Shown piece by piece: positions 12,164-25,499 of a stretch of DNA of 64,000 nucleotides. Position numbers and translations under genes: made by a program. The first letter of the stretch is position 1. Every line of letters begins with the position of its first letter. This DNA is from Eledone cirrhosa. Lineage: Eukaryota. The DNA is taken from the NCBI GenBank assembly GCA_964016885.1, contig OZ024740.1, positions 207,886,001-207,950,000 of the forward strand, read 5' to 3'. A model generated the notes under the pieces. That model made no database searches. It saw only the letters and a program-made list of their open reading frames with translations, and was not told the origin of the DNA.

Positions 12164-12694
12164 TATCATATATTATATATTTTATATATAATATATATAA
12201 ATCTTATGAGTTATCGAAACGCTTGCTTGTTCTAAATTTCGAAATGTGGGAATCCAAATTTTTTTCCGTTCTAACGTTATTCCACCCAATTTTCTAAGCC
12301 TATTATTTATAGCGATCGACTGTTGTTACAGTTATTTCCCGTGTTTGGCTCCCCCACCCAAACCCCACTTCTTAAACAGATAACATATCAAGATTTGGAA
12401 GTCAAAGGTTATCTTATACTTAAATGTTACGACATGAAAATGTTAAATAATTTTTTTTCCCGTTTTAGCTTCTTATCCTGTCTTGATCTACATTTTACAA
12501 ACAAATTAGGCTATCATTATCAAACCCACAATTAGTTTTACCACAAAGCATATTACATTTAATAATTACTATAACTTACCCTAAAATTAGTAAAATCCTT
12601 AACAACTTGTTTTTCTTGCAGTTCACAGATATAAACAGTCACTGGTAAGAACGTAGCTAAGACGAAGCTGGAATTCATTAACATTATATTATTG

Positions 12695-13735
12695 TATGGC
12701 AGTATCGGTAGAGCGTCAGACACCATGCTTTTCAGCATAGAGTTATGGCCCTTTATGTTTTGAATTCAAATCCCGCTAAGTTTAGCTTTGCCTTTCATCC
12801 TTACGGAGGCGATAAAATAAAGTACCAGTTACGCACTGGGTTCTTTTTAATAGACTTTTCCCTCCCCTAAAAATTGTTGGCCTTGTGCCTAAATCAGAAA
12901 TCATTATTAGTTCAAAATAAAGGCGGTGGATTGGCAATAATCGGTAGAGAGCCGGACACAATACTTTGCATGATAGAGTTACGGCCCTTTACGTTCTGAG
13001 TTCAAATCCTGTCGAGGTTAGCTTTGCCATTCATCCTTGAGGTCGATAAAATAAAGTATCAGTAACGCTATTTTACCCTCCCTCAAAATTGCTGGCCTTG
13101 TGCGTCAGAAACCATTATTGGGTCAGTATATCAAACCATCATTTCTTTTATAAGCCCGTTCGATATGTATTTATTTCACTATTATTACTGTATAACTTGT
13201 TGATTATCAATTATAATATATTTAAATGTATAACAACGTGATGATTAGCCTGTCTACTAATGGTAGACGTAAACAGTTAAGGTTAGCAGCTAGGCCAGAA
13301 TCTACTAACGTTATATTATTATTGTGGTGGATTGGCAGTATCGGTAGAGGGTCTGACGCCATGCTTTGCAGCAAAGAGTTACGCCCCTTTATGGTTTGAG
13401 TTCAAATCCCGCCGAGGTTAACTTTGCCTTTCATCCTTACGGGGTCGATAAAATAAAGTACCAGTAATGTATTGGGTAATTGCTGGCCTTGTGCCAAAAG
13501 TAAAAACAATTATTATTGTGGATTGGCAGTATCGGTAGAGGGTTGGACACCATGCTTTGCAGCATAGAGTTACGGTCCTTTACGGTCTGCTTTCAAATCC
13601 CACCGAGGTTAACTTTGCCTTTCATCCTTACGAGATCGATAATATAAAGTACCAGTAACGTACTGGGGTCGATTTAATCGACTTCCCCCTCCCACCAAAA
13701 TTAATGGCCTTGTGCCTATACTAGAAATCATTAAT
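12695..13735 (+). mobile_element. Cluster of four copies of a tRNA-derived SINE (~12695-12910, 12922-13118, 13325-13515, 13516-13735)
   Basis: A-box TGGCAGTATCGG, B-box GAGTTCAAATCC, conserved core GCCTTTCATCCTTACGGGGTCGATAAAATAAAGTACCAG, and (ATT)n-like tail. Confidence 0.9.
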
Positions 13736-13981
13736 AAAATATTAATAAAATACAATTGATCTATTTTGTGATTATTGCTTTTCTCTTGTTTCACGACATA
13801 ACAGAGTTAGTTATTTCTGCCTTCATGTAGAATTCAATTTAAAGTGCAGCTGTTGGCTGTTTCTCCAAGGTACAATGATTGCTTGAGCTGTATAAGAATC
13901 AAATATGTGATAACTTTTATCAGAAGAAATAGCTTAAAATGTTGCCAGTAGTGTAAACATTATAAAAAAAGAAACTCGATA

Positions 13982-14100
13982 AATAATTGTTTCTACGTTA
14001 GGCACAAGGCCAGCAATTACCCAGTGTATTACTGGTACTTTATTTTATCGACCCCGTAAGGATGAAAGGCAAAGTTAACCTCGGCGGGATTTGAACTCAG
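13982..14100 (-). mobile_element. SINE (same family), 3' half
   Basis: Reverse complement of the core and B-box. Confidence 0.85.
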
Positions 14101-14204
14101 TGGATAAATAATAAACGGGAAATGAAAGAATTTACTACGAGACTTTTTTTTATGCACCGAGTCAAAGTCGGGTTATTTTGGAATCTAGAACATTTCAGCC
14201 CATC

Positions 14205-14345
14205 AAAATTAGTATCTGTGAAAATGGAAACGCCTTATATATCCTGTCCGCCGGGGCTGCAGGACGGCCAGTTCGTGGGCCACCATTTGCTCATAAGAGT
14301 GAGAGATCGGGGGAACGGGAGAGACGGAGGCAGTGACAGTTAGGG
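14205..14345 (+). mobile_element. CRE-like LINE 3'-end fragment
   Basis: GGAAACGCCTT...CTGTCCGCC...CATTTGC...GAGAGACG-AGGCAGTGA is homologous to 25890-25990 (GNA motif at the end of the REL domain). Confidence 0.55.
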
Positions 14346-14549
14346 TTTGGTTCCTCTGTGTTCGGACCCGGTGTATATGTATATGTTTCACGCACACACA
14401 CTCACACTGTTGTAGTAATATGTAGTAATACATATCTAACAGCTACATAAAGCTAAAGCCATTCGAAACTATAAACTTAATCTTTAAAAATCGTCCAAAA
14501 ATCTTGAATTTTACATGCATATATATCATATAGGTATCATTATCTCCCA

Positions 14550-15172
14550 CGCAGCATAGAGTTACGCCTCATTATGGCCTGACTTCAAATCCTGCCGAGG
14601 TAAACTTTGCCTTTCATCCTTACTGGGTCGATAAAATAAAGTACCAGTAATACACTGGGATAATTGCTGACCTCGTACCAAAAGTAGAAACACTTATCTC
14701 CCACGCCACGATGATGGTCACCCTTATCTCTTACACTTTCTGGGTCTATACCCCTATAATCCTGCCTGAACTTTTTTCATACCAGAAGGTCGCTAGGGTA
14801 GCCATGTGAAGCAGAATAGGATCCAGCTCTGCCAATTTGTTGGTTGGTTATGATGAGTCCTAATTTAGAGTTATACGGTGAAATATATCGATGACTAAAT
14901 CAGCACAACGGTGGATATGAGTTTACAATTCAATATTACTTATTTGTAAGGGAAGGCAGTAGATTGGCAGAATCGGTGGAGCGTCAGACAACATGCTTTT
15001 AGAACAGAGCTACGGCTCTTTTCGATCTGAGTTAAAATCCTACCGAGGTTAGCTTTGCCTTTCATCCTTACGGGGTCGATAAAATAAAGTACAAGTTATG
15101 TAATGGGTTTGATTTAATCAACATTCTTTTCCCCAAAATTGTTGGCCTTGTACCTAATTCAGAAATCATTAT
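14550..15172 (+). mobile_element. Two SINE copies (14550-14695 partial; 14955-15172)
   Basis: Same core motif as the 12695 cluster. Confidence 0.85.
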
Positions 15173-15513
15173 TACCTATTTGTTGACTGGGAGCCACCTG
15201 GGAGAATTTGATAAAGAGATTCTGATAATCTGTAAGATACCAAAGAATTGTTGCTCTTGTTGTTTTTTCGAGCCTTGATAGAATGTTCAAAACCATTCCA
15301 GCTTTCATTCAAACACAGTAAATCTAAAACTACATGGCACAATGAATCTTTCCTTGCTCATTCAGACATAATCTAACAACGAACTTAAGATCCAGCTACG
15401 TCTTTCATTCAGGTAAAACATATCTAAAACTACCATCTCTAATAATTCCTTCATTTTAAAGAGAATAGTGTATGATATAAGAGATATGTAGTTTTCGTTA
15501 GCTACTATTTCTA

Positions 15514-15830
15514 GCGTGGTTTTGTGGTTAGGCTATTTGGTTCACGATCGTAAGGTCGTGAGTTCGATTCACGGTGGTGCGTTGTGTCCTTGAACAAGAC
15601 ATTTTATTCACGTTGCTCTAGTTCAATCAGCTGGCAAAAAATGAGTAGAATCTGTAATTCGAAGGGCCAGCCTTATCATATTCTGTGTCACGCCGAATCT
15701 TCCTGAGAACCACTTAAGTGTACGCGTGTTTGTAGAATGCCCAGCCACTTGCATGTTAATTTCACGAGTAGGCTGTTCCGTTGATCGGATCAACTGGAAC
15801 ACTCGTCGCCGTAATCGACGTAGTGCCTTC
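15514..15830 (+). mobile_element. tRNA-derived CORE-type SINE
   Basis: tRNA head GCGTGG...TGGTTAGG...GAGTTCGATTC and CORE-like TGTGTCCTTGAACAAGACATTTTATT...TTGCTCTAGT. Confidence 0.8.
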
Positions 15831-16421
15831 GATTTCTAGCATACCTAGCGTCGTCCCTATAGATGTTCCCACATTTGCTATAAAACATTGATATAGAATA
15901 TAATCACAACTTTGTTTATTTACTGCTCTCCGTTGCATAAGATGTGCATACACTAATGCATTCACAAACGAATATATACATATGATTTACATATATCAAC
16001 ATATATTTACATCCATTTACATAATTATCTGAAATCAGCTGTACAGAGAGATAATTGTCCTCGAAATGTGAAAAGAAAGTACATTTACAATCAATTACAA
16101 GAAGTTTAAATATTTGAATATATGAATATTTCAAACCATTAAATCCTTTTTTTTTTTTTCCTTTGTGATAACAAAAGACAGTGAGAATAAGAGAGGGTAT
16201 GTATACCGTTAGATTTTGGCGAGAGGGCGAAGTATTATTTTATAAAGGTTGGTTGATCCAATAGCCTGTTACTCTGCAGTTACATGTGATCGGTTCGTTA
16301 GTTAGAAAAACCTGATTTACGTATATATTTTCTATCTGAATAACTGGGAACACATCGGGGACCTTTTAGAGTAACAGGATTTGGATTACCATCCCCCGGC
16401 ATCTCTCTTCGCCTCTCTCTG

Positions 16422-16485
<64 letters not shown>

Positions 16486-16488
<3 letters not shown>

Positions 16489-17310
16489 CGTTTCTGAATT
16501 TGTTTAGCAAGATACTTTATCTGAAAACGTGTGTTGAAACCGATATTTTTATGCTTTGGGAGGGTCATGTTGCCAATAAGAAACACACGCACTAGTTGCT
16601 TTCACTTCAATTTATTATAAATTAAATTTATAAATTTCCGATTGGTTGGTTGGTTCCACAACCAGACGATTGTTCATATATTGTCAAAGTTCTTTCGTCA
16701 CACATTCTGTGACCTCTTCAGTGACTGGGGATTCTTTTCTTTGTTTTTGTGCCTCTCCTTTGTTCTGTCCTACGCCATCTTGTTTTTGTGTGTGTTGTGT
16801 GCTTAGTTTGCGCATGTGTTACTCCCGGGTGTCTGTGTGCGTTTATATTTGTTTATTTATTTGTTTATTTACATGTTACTGGTTGGTTGTTTGTTCTATG
16901 TGTGTGTGTGTTTTCATTTTGTCCTTAATTGTAAGTTGTGATGTTGCTGTTCCATTCATGTTTTCTATTTAATTTTGGTTGGAGTTCATTTATGTTTATT
17001 GCCTCTGTGATTTGTCTAAACATTGCGTCTTTTCTGTGTGTAGATTCTATTTTTATTTCTATGTTCTCTAATTTACCGTTATGTTCTATTTTAGCATGTT
17101 GGTGAAGTACAGATGATTCTTTACTATCTTGAAGCTCTCTCCAGTGTTCATTTATCCGTTCCCCTATACTACGAGCTATCTCACCTATGTAACCAGTAAC
17201 ATGTAAATAAACAAATAAATAAACACATATAAACACACACAGACACCCTGATGTAACACATGCGCAAACTAAGCATACAACACACACACAAACAAGATGG
17301 CGTGGGACAG
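16486..17310 (-). mobile_element. Penelope-like element 3' end (GIY-YIG plus pLTR) with inverted pLTR segment
   Basis: YIGEIARSIGERINEH...RQITEAININELQPKLNRKHEW. Inverted repeat ~16765-16885 / 17190-17310. Confidence 0.9.
16683..16725 (-). ncRNA. Type-I hammerhead ribozyme
   Basis: GTCA-CTGAAGA-G-GTCACA-GAATG-TGTGAC-GAAAGAACTT-TGAC. Stem II covaries with the copy at 57557-57598 (GTTGCA/TGCAAC). Confidence 0.7.
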
Positions 17311-17449
17311 AATTGATTTTTTTTTTAATTGAGTTTGAATTATTTCCCCACATCTTAGGTTAACTATTTGTCCATTTTGACGTTATAGTCACTTATATGT
17401 TATGAAATACTGTTGGCTTCACGCTCACAATAATTTCTATACTTTCATT

Positions 17450-17579
<130 letters not shown>

Positions 17580-17597
17580 TATATCCCTGTCGTGTGG

Positions 17598-18373
17598 TGT
17601 GTAGTTACCTCAGTCAGTGTGTAGTTACCACAGTCACTGTGTAGTTACCTCAGTCACGGTGTAGTTACCTCAGTCAGTGTGTAGTTACCACAGTCAGTGT
17701 GTAGTTACCTCAGTCAGTGTGTAGTTACCACAGTCACTGTGTAGTTATCTCAGTCAGTGTGTAGTTACCACAGTCACGGTGTAATTACCACAGTCACTGT
17801 GTAGTTACCACATCAGTGTGTAGTTACCACAGTCACTGTGTAGTTACCACAGTCACTGTGTAATTACCACAGTCAGTGTGTAGTTACCACAGTCACTGTG
17901 TAGTTACCACAGTCACTGTGTAGTTACCACAGTCAGTGTGTAGTTACCACAGTCACTGTGTAGTTACCACAGTCACTGTGTAGTTACCACAGTCAGTGTG
18001 TAGTTACCACAGTCACTGTGTAGTTACCACAGTCAGTGTGTAGTTACCTCAGTCACGGTGTAGTTACCTCAGTCAGTGTGTAGTTACCACAGTCAGTGTG
18101 TAGTTACCACAGTCACTGTGTAGTTACCTCAGCCACTGTGTAGTTACCACAGTCACGGTGTAGTTACCTTAGTCAGTGTGTAGTTACCTCATCAGTGTGT
18201 AGTTACCACAGTCACTGTGTTGTTACCACAGTCAGTGTGTAGTTACCACAGTGAGTGTGTAGTTACCTCATTCACGGTGTATTTACCTCAGTTGGTGTGT
18301 AGTTACCTCAGTCACGGTGTAGTTACCACAGTCACTGTGTAGTTACCACACTTGGTGTGTAGTTACCACAGTT
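17598..18373. repeat. 20-bp minisatellite (GTGTAGTTACCACAGTCACT)n, roughly 39 units
   Basis: Direct tandem array with CAC/CTC and CT/GT/CG variants. Confidence 0.95.
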
Positions 18374-18463
18374 TGTGTATGTGTTTGAAAAGTTAAGAAA
18401 TACAGGAATATTCTAATGAGGGTTTGATTTACATGTTTATCTAGCAACCTCAGTCTCTCTCTC

Positions 18464-18548
<85 letters not shown>

Positions 18549-18580
18549 TATATATATATATGTGTGTGTGTGAGTGTGTC

Positions 18581-18614
<34 letters not shown>

Positions 18615-18625
18615 GTATTTATGTG

Positions 18626-18683
<58 letters not shown>

Positions 18684-18748
18684 AAAGAGACACTGAGGGA
18701 GAATGATATATAAATATAGAGAGAGAAAGAAAGAGAAAGAGAGAGATG

Positions 18749-18783
<35 letters not shown>

Positions 18784-19657
18784 GTGTGTGTGTTCATATG
18801 AATGTGTATTACGTACACAATGAGACTGAGACAACTGGGTGTATAACTACATACACACAAACAGGCAGACTCACACAGAAAGGTAACAATAAAAACAATG
18901 GGCAATCAATAAACGGCAATAACTATGAATTAAAATGAAGGACAAAGAAATGAAATTATATAAAAGACAGAAATTTCTAAAGATGAGAAAAAATTACAAA
19001 TATATTTGTGTCTTCTGCTGATTAAATTGAACAGAAGAATTTACTGACGTTTCCACACAACGGAGATGTTCAAATAAAACGATTTTCGTGGCTGACAGCT
19101 TTGATAGGAGGATGGAAGTCAAGTGAATGAAGAGATATTTAAAGATTTAAACATGGAATAGCCAACGTAAGATTAAATATGAGATAAAAGAATAAAATAA
19201 AATAGTAGTAGTTTATGACCGATATTATTATTACCTCTGGAAATAAGAGAGAAAATTTTGGATATATTTCGTTTCTGTTTTTAACTCTTTAGTTGAAGTA
19301 TAGAATCAATTTAACTTAACAGAATGTTAGAGATGGAATGGTAAGGTAGATATTTCCATCTGCTAAACTTGATCCAGTATTACATTCAGACGGTGAAGTG
19401 GAAAAGTTGTTAGAGCGATGAACATAATACTTCCTGGTATATTTCTGTCTCTCTCTGCATTATGAGTTCAAATCCTGCCGAGGTCAACTTTACTTTTCAT
19501 TCTTCATTGTTGATAAAATAGATATCAGTCAAGGGCAGGCGTTGGCGGAATGGGTAGAGCATTTTAACGAGTTGGCTTGTGCTATTTGTTTTGTTTCTTT
19601 ACGTTCTGTGTTTAAATCTCACTATAGCCTATTTGTGTTGTAAACGTAATCTGACTA

Positions 19658-19890
19658 CAGGTAAGGGCCGGCAGGAGACCCAGGGGTAGATCCAGAGCAA
19701 GATGGTTGGATAACATCCAAGAGTTTGGTCTGTCTCCCTTGGAGATCCAGCCGGATCAGCTTGAGATAGTTGCTGATCACAGGACCTTCTGGGAGGAGTG
19801 TTTGAGGACTCTGTCCCACGGCCCTCTCAGGAATAAGTGAGCGGCGGCGGCGGCGAAGAAGAAGAAGAAGAAGAAGAAGAAGAAGAAGAA
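19658..19890 (+). mobile_element. RTE-type LINE 3' end with (GCG)n(AAG)n tail
   Basis: Reads GRRPRGRSRARWLDNI...FWEECLRTL, followed by the trinucleotide tail. A short related fragment lies at 53335-53385. Confidence 0.75.
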
Positions 19891-20189
19891 GGTAATCTGT
19901 CACCCAGTTTAACACAACCAGCTGACCTTTGGATGTCTTTAGTGGATTTCATCCATGTGTAAGCATTCGAGCGAGGTTTTAAGATTTATTGAGGCCTTCC
20001 TCTCTCCCAACAGTCTTGGTGGTCGTGAAAAGGATCAGTGGCATTACCTATCCCTCCTTGACTAAACAGCAAATGGTAGATTTGCAGTATCGGTAGAGCA
20101 CCTACATTTATTGGAACAAGACTGGGGATGGAAAATGCCGGGGAAAAATAAGAAAGAACAAAACTATTACTTTTATTTATATTAGGGCA

Positions 20190-20370
20190 GTTGATTGACA
20201 GTATCGGTAGAGCGTCGAACATTATGATTTGCAGCATAATTACGCCCCTTTAGGTTCTATGTGCAAATCTCGCCGAGGTTAGTCTTGTCTTTCATCCTTA
20301 CGGGGCCGATAAAATAAAGTACCAGTAATACACTGGGATCGATTTAATTGACTTTCCCCTCCCCCAAATT
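20190..20370 (+). mobile_element. SINE copy
   Basis: Same core motif. Confidence 0.8.
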
Positions 20371-20754
20371 ATTACAATGCACATTTTCAGTTTACTTCGT
20401 CGATATTCAGTGTTTCTAAAACAACACTGGCGCACGTTCACTTCGGACCAATCAAAAGATAAGTACAGCTTGAAATCGCCGAGAAGGAGAACAAGTTCGT
20501 ATATTTCGGAAATCCAGATTTCGCTGAGGGCCACAACATCTATATACATATAATTATATTTATATATATATATATATATATATATTAATCAATGAAAAAA
20601 TGAGTTAGTTGATTTGTAAAAAAAACTGATTCTTATATATAACAGATGTCAAGCACTCAACGGTATAAATTTATCCAGAGTATTATTATAATAATAATAG
20701 TAATAAACGAAATATATATACTTTATATCCTCTCTATTTATTTTATTATATATA

Positions 20755-21612
20755 CTAGCAGCAGTACCCAGCGTTGCCTGAGTAGGTAAAACAATATCTG
20801 CTTTGATGAAAAGGTGTTGATCTTAGCGACTGCGAGTTTCTTGATGCGAAATGTTGAGTGAAATCATATGGAATATGTGGGAGGTGGAAAAAATCGTATT
20901 TTGAAGAGTTGAACGGCTGCCACGCCGTCCCTGAAGAAAAAATGCAAAGTGTAAAGCTACTATAAGATGTGCAATGATAGGTTCTATCGTAGTATAAAAG
21001 TTGAACCAAATAAATCGATTTATGTGTGAGGTGGAGCCGAAGTTTCGAATTTGAAGGAAATCGGTTGAAAAATGTGGGAGCTAATGATAGGTTCGATCGT
21101 TGTATAAAAGTTGAACCAAATAAATCGATTTATGTGTGAGGTGGAGCCGAAGTTTCGAATTTGAACGAAATTGGTTGAAAAATGTGGGAGCTAGAGCCGA
21201 AAAGGCGGACATTTGAGCGAAAAGGTGGTATTTTCGAATATTTAAGCGGCTGCCACGCCGTTCCTGAACAAAACATCCGAAATGTAAAGCCATTTTAAGA
21301 CGTGAAATAATCAGATCTAGCGTAGTGTAAAATTTGAACAAAGTACGTTGATTAATGTGGGAGCTAGAGCCAAAAATCTTATTTTTCGATACCTAAAAGA
21401 AGGTGACCCCCCCTATCGATTTTTATCTGCAGAATGACCCCGCAATAAAAGAAAAACGATACGCTAATATATAGAAAACACTCCCCGATGACTAATCTAT
21501 GAGCCTGTAAAGTTTCATGAAAATCGGTCGTAAGATGTAGTCCCCTATAGGTAATACACAGACACACAGAGACACACACATACACACATACTCAATTTTA
21601 TATATATACAGA
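20755..21612 (-). mobile_element. Non-autonomous Helitron family 1, complete copy
   Basis: Minus strand A|TCTGTATATATATAAAATTGAG ... CTCAGGCAACGCTGGG-TACTGCTG-CTAG|T. Internal ~108-bp tandem repeats at 20975-21192. Second copy at 29695-30700. Confidence 0.85.
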
Positions 21613-21613
21613 T

Positions 21614-21806
21614 ATTTCGAAGATGCAAAGTTTTATGTATAACATAAACAAAAACATATCCCCTTCAGACAAAATATATATATGATGTATAATTGTTTTC
21701 ATGATATGCTGGTAGACAAATGAACTGGAGAGAACGGTGACCACCAAGCTCATTTGTACAGCTCGTTTGTCTACCAGCATATCATAAAACTTTGCATCTT
21801 CGAAAT
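21614..21806. repeat. Nested fold-back
   Basis: ATTTCGAAGATGCAAAGTTTTATG pairs with CATAAAACTTTGCATCTTCGAAAT. Inner ATGATATGCTGGTAGACAAA pairs with TTTGTCTACCAGCATATCAT. Confidence 0.8.
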
Positions 21807-21849
21807 AAATATAATAAAATAGAGATGATATAAAGTATATATTTTTCGT

Positions 21850-22045
21850 TTGGTGGATTGCCGTTATCAGTAGAGGGTCGGACGCCATGCTTTGCAGCAA
21901 AGAGTTTCGGCTCTTTATGGTCTGAGTTCAAATCCCGCCGAGGTTAACTTTGCCTTTCATCCTTACGGGTTCGATAAAATAAAAGTACCAGTAATATACT
22001 GGGTAATTGCTGGCCTTGTGCCAAAAGTAGAAACAATTATTATTA
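21850..22045 (+). mobile_element. SINE copy
   Basis: Full head, core and (ATT)n tail. Confidence 0.9.
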
Positions 22046-22062
22046 TTATTATATATATATAA

Positions 22063-22097
<35 letters not shown>

Positions 22098-22401
22098 CGC
22101 ATATCTATATATATACATACTATTCTGAAAGATGTACATGAAATTATACAGTAGACGTAGACTTTTAGTTCGTATATGTGTATGTGTGTGTGTGAGTATG
22201 TGTATGTGTATGTATGAGTGTGTGTGTATGTGTGTGTATTTGTGCGTGTTTGTGAGTGTGTATATGTGCATGTATGTGTGTGCGTGTGTGTTACTGTATG
22301 TGTGTGTGTGTTTGTGTATGTGTACATATAGAGGAAATGAAATATCACTAAAAAGCTATCAATAATAAAGTAAGTTTTACAAGACATCTTCGAGGAAGAC
22401 A

Positions 22402-23039
22402 TCTAAACTAAGGTCTGCGGGATTGCGTACGGTTTTTTTTTTATCCCGTTTGTAAAATAAGTTGGATTACTTTGAATAAATAATTGTTTCTACTTTAGGC
22501 ACAAGGCCAGCAATTACCCAGTGCATTACTGGTACTTTATTTTATCGACCCCGTAAGGATGAAAGGCAAAGTTTACTTTGAATAAATAATGAATGAATAT
22601 TACATAATTTATCTACTCAATTTCGTAAACAAAAATAATTTCTTAAAAATAAATAATTTAAAATTGACTTCTTTTCAAAGTTGCACTTCCGGTATAATGT
22701 CGCCACCACAATAACTTCAACTACCATATATATAGAAAGAGAGAGTGTGTGATGTCAACACTTCTGGTGGCCATCGCTTAAATAAACATACTAATTCTCC
22801 GTCACTAATTTTCTCCTAATGCAGTTTATATATAATATCGTCTTTTTTAATGTATCATCGATTATGTTACTGATTACATAAGACAGTGTAACAACGTCTT
22901 CGTTCAATTTCTGTTTATATTGTCAATTACGATTTTATTTGATGTATCATATCTACATGTGTATATACCTGCGTATGATATCAATATACACACTACACAT
23001 GCTAGCAGAAAACCACTCAAAGGGTGGTTTTTCTGCTAG
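22402..23039 (+). mobile_element. Non-autonomous Helitron family 2, with nested SINE fragment (22485-22572, minus)
   Basis: A|TC start. 3' hairpin CAGAAAACCACTC-AA-AGGGTGGTTTTTCTG then CTAG|T. The SINE is flanked by the 18-bp duplication TTACTTTGAATAAATAAT. Paralog at 38527-39008. Confidence 0.85.
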
Positions 23040-23849
23040 TCTTTATAAATTACACAGATTACATTTCACAAAATATTCTATTACACATGTATATATAAAC
23101 ATATCTAACACACATCCACATACACACACAAATAAACACATACAAACACAAACACACAAACAAATACAAACACACACACAAACAAACACACATACACACA
23201 GGCAAACACATATACACATACACACACTCTCTCTCATACACACACACAAACACAAACAAACACACACACTTACACACACATATATATATATACATACATA
23301 TGTCTACGAAAGTAATGCTCTAGTGTGGCCTTAGGCGTGATGTCTAAAACAAGCTAAATTATATAATGGCTGATGAGTCAGGAATATTTAATAGTAAATG
23401 TATAAATTCCTCTAATATAACTAAGAACGTACATATCTCAACTAAAAAGTAAACTAATCTAAACCATATCCATGTTAGCGACAAACCCTAACAAACGGTA
23501 ATCTTACTCTTACATTCAACTCTATCTACAAAACCGTACTGCAGACCTGCCGACCACTAAACACTCAAATTGGAAGTACCATAAAAATAGTGCCCCAAAA
23601 CGGGGAGAAATGACGCAAAATGGGGAGATTTTACATAATGAAAGCTATACCCATTTTCACAAGACGGGGAAAGTTGACAGATCTGGTACTGCATTGCATC
23701 AGTCATACAAAATTCAAATATCTCCTTCAAATCAAACCCCAGCTCTGTGAGCCAAACAACAACCAGCCAGTTCCAATTAATAGTACGGGGGATAACGGTC
23801 GTCATTAGGCTTTAGCCGTTCTTATTACGTAGTTTTTAGTTTGATTGGA

Positions 23850-24022
23850 GATCAAGGTTACCTCGAATCCGAATAGACAGTCAGTACACCCCAGTCAGAG
23901 CGGTGCCCCAGCCTGGCAAATCGGCAAAAGCGCTACCGTGGAGAATAGCCAGTTGCACTTGCTGCAATAGCCACCCTACCTCATAGGGCTCCTTCCTCAA
24001 ATGGGTCACCATCTTTCCGACG
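23850..24022 (-). mobile_element. CRE-like LINE 3' coding remnant
   Basis: VGKMVTHLRKEPYEVGWLLQQVQLAILHGSAF resembles the ...L.QRLS.AI.RGNA end of REL domains. Confidence 0.5.
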
Positions 24023-24024
24023 TT

Positions 24025-24425
24025 GATAATGGTTTCTGATTTAGGCGTAACTCTAAGTTTTTTTTTGTGGTGATGGTGGTTGGGGGAGAAGTCGATTAAA
24101 TCGACCCCAGTACATGACTAGTACTTTAGTTATCGACCCCGTAAGGATAAAAGGTAAAACTAACCTTTGTAGAATTTAAACTCAGAACGTAAAGGGACGT
24201 AACTATATGCTACACAACATGTTTTCCGGTGCCCTACCGATACTGCCAATCCACCACCCTTGTATTATATTATATAATACAATACAAACAAATGATATAT
24301 ACACATACACACACACGTAAGGATGAAGGCAAAGCTAAATTTCAGTTGGAATTGCACTCGGAACGTAAAGGGACGTAACTCTATTCTACACAGCATGATG
24401 TCCGACGCTCTACCGATACGACCAA
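24025..24425 (-). mobile_element. Two SINE copies (24025-24258; 24317-24425)
   Basis: Reverse-complement core and head. Confidence 0.85.
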
Positions 24426-25499
24426 TAATGCTACTTATTTTCGTGATATCGTTGATAAAAACTAGAGTTGACTACGATAGCATTTAAAATCAGATGTTAA
24501 AGGAACGTGATTTAATATCACATGACTTCATCTCCAGTAATCTACAGTTTGGAATAAGCTGTTAAGGACGGACATCTTTGATGGTTCTTTTTTTTTTTTT
24601 TTCGCCTTTTATTCAATTTCACATGATATTGAATATTTAATACATAAAATCGAGAAAAAAAAGAATGAAAGGATATGACATGAAATGATGTCTGATGTTG
24701 CTTCAATTGCTACCGATTACTTTAACACTTTCATTTCCTACATTTTCTCTATGCAATGTTTACGATGAAACAGATTTTTCACTAATCTTAATTATCCATG
24801 GATTTTGTTTTTTTTTTCCTTTTTTTCATATTTCTGACTTTCAAAGATGCTCAAGAAATCTTTATACAGCGAAGTTTTAAGTTTGTTCTGCTAAAGATTT
24901 CACTATCAAAGCTGTTAAAGATTTCATTTGCCAGAGTTCCTTTGCAGCTCACAGCAACCCCACCACCTTTCAGGCTGGTTTTCATTCTCTTTAAACGTTG
25001 TAACTATTCTGTCCATTCATACAATGTTGCTGTTTAACCCAGGTCCACTTTGATTGAGCAGACTAATGATTAAACCTGATTCCTTATTAATCTGACATAG
25101 CATAACTACGACTACAGTAAGCTATATCCTTTGTCTTGTTTGAGATAAGATGTATTAGGAAGAGATTTAGCTACTATATCTAGCAGAACAAACGACCATG
25201 TATACGCCTTCATCTTTATTATTTTTGTTATTGCTGGTAGTAGTTTTGTTGTCGAGGTTACTGTTGTTGTTGTTGTTATTGTTTTAAAACAAGAGAACAT
25301 TAGGTGTAGAGTCTGTCACCCTCTCCCCTCCCCCTTTCAATGTCTAATAATCCTTGCTCTTTCCCTCCTTTTCTTCTCATCTTTTTATATGTTTGACTGT
25401 TTAATGGTTTCTGATTTAGACATAAGGCCAACAATTTGTGGGGAGGGGAAAGTCGATTAAATTGACCCCAGTGTATTACTGGTACTTTATTATACTTTC

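Noticed and set aside
12695-13735. tRNA genes
   Set aside because: A/B boxes belong to SINE heads. There is no cloverleaf and the heads run into the SINE core.
14209-14433. GC-rich island as a host exon
   Set aside because: Homologous to the CRE-like LINE end at 25890-25990.
17598-18373. CRISPR-like array
   Set aside because: No unique spacers and a eukaryotic context.
23365-23420. CTGATGAGTC hammerhead-like start
   Set aside because: No closing GAC-GAAA or cleavage triplet.
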